NCBI GenBank assembly: GCA_937893145.1
Contig: CALBJW010000011.1
Location: forward strand, 682 to 64,681
DNA: 64,000 nt
Direction of reading: 5' to 3'
Source: an uncultured Prevotellaceae bacterium
GTDB taxonomy: Bacteria; Bacteroidota; Bacteroidia; Bacteroidales; Bacteroidaceae
Both the position numbers and the translations under genes were made by a program. Shown piece by piece: positions 57,166 to 64,000 of the stretch (its first letter is position 1; each line of letters opens with the position of its first letter). Under the pieces are notes generated by a model. The model was not told where the DNA came from. It searched no databases and was given only the letters and a program-made list of their open reading frames with translations.

Positions 57166-57603
57166 ATGACGGCTTTAGAAATTATACTCAACATACTGCA
57201 ATGGTTAGTCCCGACAGGAGGTTTTGGAGCCGTCATCATCTGGCTCACTAACAAGAATGTCAGGAATGCTGAAGCGGCACTGAAAACTCAGGATGCATAC
57301 AAGGTAATGTATGAGAATGTGTCGAAAACAGTTATTGACCTTCAAAAAGAAAACGTAAAACTATATGAAGCAATTAGTGAACTCAATGAAACTATCAGGC
57401 TTGCTATTAGTTGCAAGCATTATGATGTTTGCCCTATCCGTCCAAAGCTGCAGAAGTGTACGAGTGGACGAAAAGAAGGAGGTAGAGACTTCCGTCCAAA
57501 CCATGGGCATGGACAGCATCGCATCAGAGATGAAAATCATGACATATCAGGCAGTACCGATGTCGGAGGTGAAACTGGAGATTCCGATGATGAACCTCCG
57601 TAA
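57166..57603 (+). CDS. N-terminally membrane-anchored coiled-coil protein (i-spanin/holin-like candidate)
   Basis: MTALEIILNILQWLVPTGGFGAVIIWL (TM), then the coiled coil KTQDAYKVMYENVSKTVIDLQKENVKLYEAISELNETI. The 3' 239 nt overlap the next ORF out of frame. Confidence 0.5.
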   Translation: MTALEIILNILQWLVPTGGFGAVIIWLTNKNVRNAEAALKTQDAYKVMYENVSKTVIDLQKENVKLYEAISELNETIRLAISCKHYDVCPIRPKLQKCTSGRKEGGRDFRPNHGHGQHRIRDENHDISGSTDVGGETGDSDDEPP

Positions 57604-57895
57604 TCTGGCTGAAGGTGCTGGATATTACAAGAAAAGTGGTCAGGCAACAGTTGGAGTGCGAGCGTCTGGTGACACAGTATATATAGACGCTACGTGTGAC
57701 AGCCTATTGACACGGGTCTCGTATTACGAACGACAAAACGCCAATTTGAAACGTGTTCTGGAAGCGGCAAACAAGAAAGTAGAAGAGACCAAGGAAATAC
57801 AGAGCTCGAACGGCAAGAAGATGCTGTGGGGGATGCTCGCCTCCTTTGTTGTGGGGACAGGAACAGGAATCGCTGTTAAGGCTAAATTTTTCTGA
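57365..57895 (+). CDS. Lipoprotein-signal protein with C-terminal TM helix (unimolecular-spanin-like topology)
   Basis: MKQLVNSMKLSGLLLVASIMMFALSVQSC (lipobox-like) and the C-terminal MLWGMLASFVVGTGTGIAVKAKFF. It starts inside the previous ORF. Confidence 0.5.
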   Translation: MKQLVNSMKLSGLLLVASIMMFALSVQSCRSVRVDEKKEVETSVQTMGMDSIASEMKIMTYQAVPMSEVKLEIPMMNLRNLAEGAGYYKKSGQATVGVRASGDTVYIDATCDSLLTRVSYYERQNANLKRVLEAANKKVEETKEIQSSNGKKMLWGMLASFVVGTGTGIAVKAKFF

Positions 57896-57988
57896 CTGAG
57901 CTACCTTAGAACATTAGCAGGAGACTATAAATCTGCTGCAGGAACTATGGTGGCAAAAACAAATTCGATAACTTAAAAGTAACAAAAA

Positions 57989-58426
57989 ATGCAAGACACA
58001 GGTGGTTACAGAGAAGGTACGGACCTTATCCTCAGTGTGAACAGCAAGGCACTTGGACATAGCACAACTTGTAAGATCAGTGACAGCACTGAGACAGGTG
58101 AGCGTGTGACAAAGGAAGCTCAGACTGGCAAATGGAAAGAGAAGTACGTGAAGAGTCTTTCTGAGACAGTAACGGCAGAGGGATTCACATACGAGGGTGA
58201 CGCAATGGGTTATCCAGACTTAAAGACAATCATGCTGGCAGCACAGCCAGTGACCCTCACTTATTCTTACCGTGCGAATGCCAATAACGGCACTTCGGTT
58301 ACAACAGCATACACAGGCGAGTTCATTATCACAAGTCTTGAAGAGACTGGTGATGCAGGTGACGACGCTAAGTGGAATGTGACATTCGAGAACTCGGGTG
58401 CAGTTACTCCAGTAGGCGGTGAATAA
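57989..58426 (+). CDS. Major tail (tube) protein, siphovirus type
   Basis: 145 aa. It sits immediately upstream of the chaperone pair and the tape measure gene. The C-terminal ...YTGEFIITSLEETGDAGDDAKWNVTFENSG pattern is typical of tail tube proteins. Confidence 0.65.
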   Translation: MQDTGGYREGTDLILSVNSKALGHSTTCKISDSTETGERVTKEAQTGKWKEKYVKSLSETVTAEGFTYEGDAMGYPDLKTIMLAAQPVTLTYSYRANANNGTSVTTAYTGEFIITSLEETGDAGDDAKWNVTFENSGAVTPVGGE

Positions 58427-58440
58427 CAATGGCTACTGAA

Positions 58441-58468
58441 CCCTGCGGAAAACCGCAGGGAACGGTGG
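58441..58468 (+). repeat. Prophage intergenic hairpin repeat, copy 12
   Basis: ccctgcggaaaaccgcagggaacggtgg; starts 14 nt after the tail-tube stop. Confidence 0.85.
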
Positions 58469-58499
58469 CATCTTCAACGAAAACGATAACGAAAACAGA

Positions 58500-58778
58500 A
58501 TGAAGAAAATCAATATCGGTGGCAAGGAACTGCCATGTAGAATGACTCTGGGCGCAATGCTCAAATTCAAGCGCGAGAAGGGAAAGGACGTGAGTCAGCT
58601 TGACAAAGATCTCGAAGACCTTGCTTTCCTCCTCTGGTGCTGTGTGGTAAGTGCTTGCAAAGCTGACGGCATTGAGTATGGTGACAGCTTTGAGGATTTC
58701 TGCGATAAGATTGACGCAAACGATCTGAACACCTTCTATGGTGGTATGGAAAGCGAGTCAAAAAAAAAGACGAATTAG
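58500..58778 (+). CDS. Tail assembly chaperone (gpG-like)
   Basis: A 92-aa ORF ending just after an A9 run. It is followed by an ORF that is open in the -1 frame. Confidence 0.7.
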   Translation: MKKINIGGKELPCRMTLGAMLKFKREKGKDVSQLDKDLEDLAFLLWCCVVSACKADGIEYGDSFEDFCDKIDANDLNTFYGGMESESKKKTN

Positions 58779-59122
58779 ACGGTGGAGCTTCTGTTGATAT
58801 AGAAACTCTGCTTGGTATAGGTATGGGGTGTATTGGGATGAGTTTGGATGACTTTTGCCGATGCACCCCTTCTGAGTTCTCTGCAATTCATGAGAAATGG
58901 AATGAGCGTGAGGTAGGAATGAGCAGAGAGCGATGGGAAATTGCAAGGCGAGGATGGTTCTATACTTTGCGTCCGTATTCAAAGAACCTCAGCCTGGAAA
59001 AGATATGCATGTTCCCTTGGGAAAGAGACGCAGAAGTGGTGGCACTTGAAAAGAAGCCACTGAGCAAGGAGGAGGAAAAGAAAAGGTATGAGGAAGCTAA
59101 GAAGAGATATGGTCTGAAATAA
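58500..59122 (+). CDS. Tail assembly chaperone -1 frameshift fusion (gpGT-like)
   Basis: The -1 frame is open from the slippery A_AAA_AAG (58763-58769) through ORF 58823-59122; I checked this codon by codon. Confidence 0.6.
58763..58769 (+). promoter_or_regulatory. Programmed -1 ribosomal frameshift slippery heptamer A_AAA_AAG
   Basis: tca aaa aaa aag acg aat tag in the zero frame. This is the same heptamer as the classical dnaX slippery site. Confidence 0.6.
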
Positions 59123-59127
59123 CCATT

Positions 59128-59274
59128 TCACTTCTTAAAGTTAGAGCGGAACATTTCACCCCGTCTTTCTTTCTCGAAATCAGAACGCCCTGCCTCTTTG
59201 AATCCTTGCCAAAGGAAATAGCAAAGAAGAGGACAAAAAAGATAGATAAAAAGAAAAACAAAAATATCATGCAT
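59128..59274 (-). CDS. Antisense-encoded 48-aa membrane peptide (moron candidate)
   Basis: MHDIFVFLFIYLFCPLLCYFLWQGFKEAGRSDFEKERRGEMFRSNFKK. A minus-strand TATATTTG -7 box lies about 30 nt upstream. It occupies the chaperone/TMP gap. Confidence 0.4.
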   Translation of the reverse strand: MHDIFVFLFIYLFCPLLCYFLWQGFKEAGRSDFEKERRGEMFRSNFKK

Positions 59275-59315
59275 AGCGTGAACATTGTTAATTACGGTGC
59301 AAATATAAGAAAAAA

Positions 59316-62300
59316 ATGGCAAACGAGATAAACTATAAGATAAAAATATCTACTGATGGCGAAAAAAGCTTTCAGGAAATAGCAGTGGAGGCAAAATCGG
59401 CAGATGAAGCTATCGAAAAGGTGGTGAACACTGTCAACAAAGCCTCAGATAAGTTCAAAGAAATGGCTGCAACGAGTCTTACCCTGAATAACCTATCGAA
59501 TGCTGTACAACAGTTGGACTCTATGTTTCAGGGGATGGTGGGAAGTAGCCAGAGCTTTGATGCTTCGATGCGCGCCGTAAATACAATGGCTGGCAAGGGA
59601 GAGGCAGAGTTTGAAAAGTTGAAAGGTTCGGTTGCCGAACTCGGCAAGGAAATACCAAAAACGAGAGAAGCACTTGCTGATGGTTTATACCAGGTAATAT
59701 CAAATGGCGTTCCTGAGGATAATTGGATTTCGTTCTTGGATAAATCAGCGCGAGCTTCGGTTGGAGGCATTGCGGACCTTGGGCAGACAGTGACTGTGAC
59801 TTCTACAATCATCAAAAACTATGGTATGGAGTGGGAGGCAGCAGCAGAGATACAAGATAAGATTCAAATGACTGCCAAGAATGGTGTGACCTCATTTGAA
59901 CAGCTTGCAAGTGCCTTGCCACGAGTGAGTGGTAACGCTGCCACCCTTGGCGTGAGCATAGATGAACTGATGGCTACCTTTGCAACTCTTACAGGGGTGT
60001 CAGGCAACACAGCCGAAGTCAGCACGCAGTTGGGTGCTATCTTCACAGCATTGATAAAGCCATCGAGTGAAGCTGCAAGCATGGCTGAGGATATGGGCAT
60101 TAAGTTTGATGCAGCAGCAATTAAGGCAAAAGGAGGAATGCAGAATTTCCTCCAGTCATTGGATCGTGATGTGAAGACATACGCATCTGCCCATGATATG
60201 CTGTCAGAAGAAATATATGCTAAGTTGTTTGGAAGTGCAGAAGCATTGAGAGCGTTGATACCATTGAATGGTGAACTTGCTGATACATTTGCAAGCAATG
60301 TTGATGCTATGTCCAATAGTGCAGGTACCATAGATGAAGCCTTTGAACAGATGGCAAGCACTGGAGAAAGTGCCACACAAATGCTGAGGAATCAGATAGC
60401 GGCATTCACAGACTGGATAGGTACAGCTGTGGGTACTGCCGCCCCATACGTGTCATTTGCCAGCAATACATTGGTAGCGTTTACTAATGCTATGCAGCTT
60501 ATCACATCGTTGCGAGGAATGAGTTCTGCCATGAAAGCAAACTCTGCTGTTATGGAAATCGCTTCTGTTCATCAAAAATCTGTTGCTGCTGCAGAGCGAT
60601 TACTTGCAGCAAGTGGATATACTGCTGCTGCAGGAACTACGGCATTGAATGTTGCTGTTGGAATTTTGGAAGGCATACTGACTGCAGGACTTGGTGTTGC
60701 TATTTTTGCTATTGTCGGTTACTTCACAAGTTTGGGAGACTCTGCTGAAGAAGCAGCTGGTAAACTCGACTCACTGAAGGAGGCAGAAGATGCTTTCTCT
60801 AATGCTGTTTCGACTGCTAAGAGTGAGATTGAAATGGAGAAAGTAAAGCTGCAGGAACTTATAAATAGCCATACAGATGCAACAGAAACGATTGAACAAC
60901 TTAATCAGAAATATGGTGAAAGTTTTGGCTATCATAAGACTGCTGCAGAATGGTACGATACGCTTGTTTCCAAGAGCAAGGTGTATTGTGAACAGTTAGG
61001 CTATGAAGCACAGGCGAAAGTGCTTGCAGCGAAAAAGGCTGCTGCGGAATTGAAGATGGCACAAATGGAGGCTGATGGTACTGACAAAACAAAGACTTGG
61101 AAGCTCGGGTCTAAACTTGATGCGGCAGGTAACAGAAATATCACCATCAACAGAGTAGAGGTTGAGAGTGATGACTATAAGGCACTGAAGGAGGAAGTTG
61201 CCGACCTCGGCAATCAGTTTGATGTGTGTGTGAAGAAGAGTGCTGAAGCTGCAAAAGCAATGCAGACCAACGCTAATGCGTCAGGAACTGTAGCTAAAGC
61301 CGTAGGATGGCAACAGATGAGTTATGAAGCTCTTGGCAAGGCTATCGAGGAGCAGAAGAAGAAAGTTGGAAAACTTGCTGGTGTCAATGCCTCGGAAGCA
61401 AACAAGGAAGCAACAACTCTCAAACAGATGGAGGCGAGGTATAAGAAACTTGGCAAAGACTACGGACTCAGCAGTGCAGGAAGCGTAAGAAATAGCGGCA
61501 AGACAAAGGATGGTCTTGATGGAAGCAAACTTGTGGCAGATGCGGAGACTTATAAGGAACTCGGAAACAATATCAAGTATTATGAGCAGCAGCTGGAGAA
61601 GACTAAACCATCAGAAAAGGAGACCATATCGAGACTTGTTCAGAACATTGCAGGTTTGAAGGAGAAGCAGGCTGCCATCAAGGAGGTTCTTGATGCTGCA
61701 GGGCGACCAACAGAACTGAATACGCTGGAAAATATTGATAAGGAGATTCAGTATCAGCAGGGACTGAGGTCGAAAGCAACGGCAGAAAACATTGGGGGGA
61801 TAGACAAAGAAATACATCGTTTGAATGGTCTTAAAAGGGCATTAGAAGACAGTGGACATGCGAGTGTCGGTGTTGATCAGATTCATACATACGAGGAATT
61901 GGAAGCCGAAATCGGCTATTATGAGGGGAAGTTGAGAACTGCCAGTGAGACAGAACGCGTGGAGATACAGAAGCAGATTCTCTCCCTTCAGAACCTCAAA
62001 AAGGAATGGGACGGCGTATTGGCAAGCGTTGGTGCTCCTGATGAAAGCAAAGTCAACACCATCGAGGAACTGGAGGCTGCCATAACTTATTACAGCAACT
62101 TGCAGAAGAAGCAGAGTGCGGAGGAGGTGGCAAATACTCAGGAGGTGATAAACAGACTCGAAGGCAAGAAAAAGGTACTCCTGGATATAGCAAGCATACC
62201 TACTATGGCGAATGAGCTTGCAGAACTCGGCAAGCTCGGAAATGCGGAGCTGAAGATGGAACTTCAACTGATAGGCATTGAAGGTATCAAGAATAAGATC

Positions 62301-63092
62301 CGTGGATTGCAGAAGATGCTTGATGACACCAAGAATCCTTTGGGCAAGGAACAGCGTCAGGAGGTGATGAAGATGATGGCTGCATACCAAGGTTATGAGA
62401 ATGTTCTGAAGAAACAGAATGTGACCATCAGCCAAACATGGGGCAGCATCAAAGGCATTGGCAATAGTGTGGAGTCACTGACAGAAACACTGAAAGGAGA
62501 TGGAAACGCTTGGGAGAAAGTGTGTGGTGTGATGGATGGTATGCTTGGGCTTTATGAAGGGATTAAGGGTATAGTGGAGATAGTGCAGATATTGACGGCT
62601 GTAACCACAGCACATGCTGCTGCAAAGATTGCAGAAGCAGGAAGTGAAACAACTGAATCTGGAACATTAGCGGCAAATGCTGCAGCTGCTGCAACTGCTG
62701 CTGCCACGACCACAGCTGCAAATTCTATAGCAACAGCATCATGGACAGCACTCGCTGCTGCTGAATTTATGGCTGCACATGCAGAAATCCCTTTTGCAGG
62801 TTTCGGTATAGCAAGCGGTTTCATTGGTGGTATGGAGGCTCTTGTGGCTGCATGTGCGATTCCTAAATTTGCTAATGGCGCAATAGCATACGGTCCTACT
62901 CTTGGCTTGTTTGGTGAGTATGCTGGAGCGAGTTCAAACCCAGAGGTTGTGGCTCCATTGAGTAAGCTGCAGGATTTGCTTGATACGGATAACGGAGGAG
63001 GTATGCTGGCAGGCAAGGTGAAGTTTGAAATAGACGGAAGAAAACTTGTTGGCGTGCTCCAGAAGGAAGATAAAATGAAGAATAGAACTTAA
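59316..63092 (+). CDS. Tail tape measure protein (1258 aa)
   Basis: Long coiled-coil/Ala-rich protein with a hydrophobic C-terminal segment (...AAAAATAAATTTAANSIATASW...GFGIASGFIGG). It sits downstream of the G/GT pair. Confidence 0.85.
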   Translation: MANEINYKIKISTDGEKSFQEIAVEAKSADEAIEKVVNTVNKASDKFKEMAATSLTLNNLSNAVQQLDSMFQGMVGSSQSFDASMRAVNTMAGKGEAEFEKLKGSVAELGKEIPKTREALADGLYQVISNGVPEDNWISFLDKSARASVGGIADLGQTVTVTSTIIKNYGMEWEAAAEIQDKIQMTAKNGVTSFEQLASALPRVSGNAATLGVSIDELMATFATLTGVSGNTAEVSTQLGAIFTALIKPSSEAASMAEDMGIKFDAAAIKAKGGMQNFLQSLDRDVKTYASAHDMLSEEIYAKLFGSAEALRALIPLNGELADTFASNVDAMSNSAGTIDEAFEQMASTGESATQMLRNQIAAFTDWIGTAVGTAAPYVSFASNTLVAFTNAMQLITSLRGMSSAMKANSAVMEIASVHQKSVAAAERLLAASGYTAAAGTTALNVAVGILEGILTAGLGVAIFAIVGYFTSLGDSAEEAAGKLDSLKEAEDAFSNAVSTAKSEIEMEKVKLQELINSHTDATETIEQLNQKYGESFGYHKTAAEWYDTLVSKSKVYCEQLGYEAQAKVLAAKKAAAELKMAQMEADGTDKTKTWKLGSKLDAAGNRNITINRVEVESDDYKALKEEVADLGNQFDVCVKKSAEAAKAMQTNANASGTVAKAVGWQQMSYEALGKAIEEQKKKVGKLAGVNASEANKEATTLKQMEARYKKLGKDYGLSSAGSVRNSGKTKDGLDGSKLVADAETYKELGNNIKYYEQQLEKTKPSEKETISRLVQNIAGLKEKQAAIKEVLDAAGRPTELNTLENIDKEIQYQQGLRSKATAENIGGIDKEIHRLNGLKRALEDSGHASVGVDQIHTYEELEAEIGYYEGKLRTASETERVEIQKQILSLQNLKKEWDGVLASVGAPDESKVNTIEELEAAITYYSNLQKKQSAEEVANTQEVINRLEGKKKVLLDIASIPTMANELAELGKLGNAELKMELQLIGIEGIKNKIRGLQKMLDDTKNPLGKEQRQEVMKMMAAYQGYENVLKKQNVTISQTWGSIKGIGNSVESLTETLKGDGNAWEKVCGVMDGMLGLYEGIKGIVEIVQILTAVTTAHAAAKIAEAGSETTESGTLAANAAAAATAAATTTAANSIATASWTALAAAEFMAAHAEIPFAGFGIASGFIGGMEALVAACAIPKFANGAIAYGPTLGLFGEYAGASSNPEVVAPLSKLQDLLDTDNGGGMLAGKVKFEIDGRKLVGVLQKEDKMKNRT

Positions 63093-63099
63093 AAAATAA

Positions 63100-63127
63100 C
63101 CTGCATTAAAACTGCAGGGCATAATGG
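63100..63127 (+). repeat. Prophage intergenic hairpin repeat, copy 13
   Basis: cctgcattaaaactgcagggcataatgg; starts 7 nt after the TMP stop, and its 3' end contains the next ATG. Confidence 0.75.
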
Positions 63128-64000
63128 CAGTAATTATGATGGGATTACGATATAGAGGAGAATTTGGCTCACAGACTCTTGTTCAATGGAGGTGTGAGAT
63201 TTGGCAGGAAGGGTTTGCTGGTGAAGCTGGCGAACTTATGTTTCCTGCTGATGAACCATTGCTGATAGAATGGGAAGGAAAGGAGAAATGGGAAGTCATA
63301 CAAGGTTCGATGGCCACACTGAGACTGTTGAGCCCTGGTGACAGAACCTATATCGACTTATATACATTGAGAAGTGGAAATATCAGACTCGATGTATATA
63401 GAAACGAATCGAAATTCTGGTCTGGCTGTCTGGATCCTGAATTGTATGAGGAACCATATAGCTACAAAGACATGTATGAGGTTTCGTTGAAATTCTCTGA
63501 CTTTGGTGTGCTGAAGAGAACAAAATTCAATCTAAGCGGTATTGTCTCGATAGAGAGAATACTTAATGAGGCATTGACAAAAGCAGGTATCAACCATAGC
63601 GGTGTGGTAAAAAAGATTAGTACCTATGTAAATAGTATAAACAGACCAGAAGTAATGTCCCTTGCGGACTATTCGGTTGTTGCAGAGAACTTCACTGATG
63701 AAGAAGGTGAAGTGATGTGGATGAGTGATGTCCTCGATGGGGTTCTACAGCCTTTTGCTATGAGAATTGTACAAAGAGAAGGTAAGATTCTTCTGTATGA
63801 TCTTAATGCCATGTCAGAAGAGGATGGTGTGAGAATCGGTTGGAATAGTGATGATGCTGTACTCGGAGTTGATAAGGTTTATAATAATGTTCGAGTAGTA
63901 TTCAGTCCTTATTCTGACAGTACGCTGATGAGTGGTGGGGATGATAGTGCGGATGATTTGGATCCATCGGTAATGAATGCTGAATATGCAGATCCGAGCA
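63124..64000 (+). CDS. Tail protein following the TMP (distal tail protein candidate), partial
   Basis: Absent from the ORF track (no in-window stop). Hand translation from ATG 63124 is open to the window end: MAVIMMGLRYRGEFGSQTLVQWRCEIWQEGFAGEAGELMFPADEPLLIEWEG... Confidence 0.6.
   Translation, partial: MAVIMMGLRYRGEFGSQTLVQWRCEIWQEGFAGEAGELMFPADEPLLIEWEGKEKWEVIQGSMATLRLLSPGDRTYIDLYTLRSGNIRLDVYRNESKFWSGCLDPELYEEPYSYKDMYEVSLKFSDFGVLKRTKFNLSGIVSIERILNEALTKAGINHSGVVKKISTYVNSINRPEVMSLADYSVVAENFTDEEGEVMWMSDVLDGVLQPFAMRIVQREGKILLYDLNAMSEEDGVRIGWNSDDAVLGVDKVYNNVRVVFSPYSDSTLMSGGDDSADDLDPSVMNAEYADPS

Larger units (their letters stand above)
39431..64000 (+). mobile_element. Mu-like transposable siphovirus prophage (left end in the window; right end beyond 64000)
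   Basis: Repressor, DDE transposase, MuB-like ATPase, GemA-like, DUF3164-like, TerS/TerL, DUF1320-like, portal, MuF, G-like, protease-scaffold, capsid, tail tube, G/GT chaperone and TMP. There is no tyrosine or serine integrase. The left boundary is placed at the AT-to-G-rich switch (uncertain by tens of bp; it could lie further in). Confidence 0.8.

Noticed and set aside
59097-59285. Alternative 62-aa minus-strand ORF in the chaperone/TMP gap
   Set aside because: It overlaps the 48-aa candidate in another frame. Its ATG has no TAnnTTTG box at a suitable distance and it runs into the chaperone coding region. I preferred the 59128-59274 frame, and even that has low confidence.

Overview
This is a Bacteroidales-type chromosome segment. 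It looks Prevotella-like from the T9SS C-terminal sorting domains, lipoprotein signals and TAnnTTTG -7 promoter boxes, but that assignment is inference only. It has three parts. (1) 1-34.9 kb is host DNA. It holds a truncated GH97 glycosidase and two paralogous giant T9SS-sorted surface proteins, each followed 12 nt later by an unannotated 56/57-aa acidic peptide gene. It then holds housekeeping genes (TlpA-like lipoprotein, TPR lipoprotein, LolE/FtsX permease, rbfA, O-methyltransferase, aroQ). Next comes a surface-glycan decoration locus (GT, TarI/IspD-like cytidylyltransferase, Wzx flippase, LicD, GT14, four acyltransferase-3 paralogs). The rest is dxs, trkA, trkH, tRNA-Asn, GT4, GT2, a SulP permease and rsgA. 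(2) About 35.0-39.4 kb is a low-GC island. It carries a stand-alone UvrD-type helicase with a repeated Tudor-like tail and a divergent orphan 353-aa protein whose 3' end is replaced by prophage sequence. (3) About 39.4 kb to the window end is a Mu-like transposable siphovirus prophage (repressor, DDE transposase, MuB-like ATPase, GemA-like and DUF3164-like genes, then terminase to tape measure). Its packaging/portal/MuF block lies on the opposite strand to the rest. The observations I rate highest are listed here. First, a hairpin plus GGGAACGGTGG repeat occurs 14-15 times in the prophage, mostly 2-14 nt after stop codons of rightward genes. Second, the prophage has a C-depleted 1.2-kb left arm with GGKTTACAT iteron arrays. 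Third, the MuF protein has a low-GC C-terminal cargo module. Fourth, a zinc-ribbon ORF carries an in-frame TGA. Fifth, the T9SS-protein plus acidic-peptide cassette is duplicated. Sixth, GC-rich palindromes are inserted in frame in host genes. Seventh, there are a TIR-bounded 291-bp MITE/inverton-like element and heptamer-repeat structures at the edges of the glycan locus. All functional calls rest on motif reading by eye; no database search was possible.
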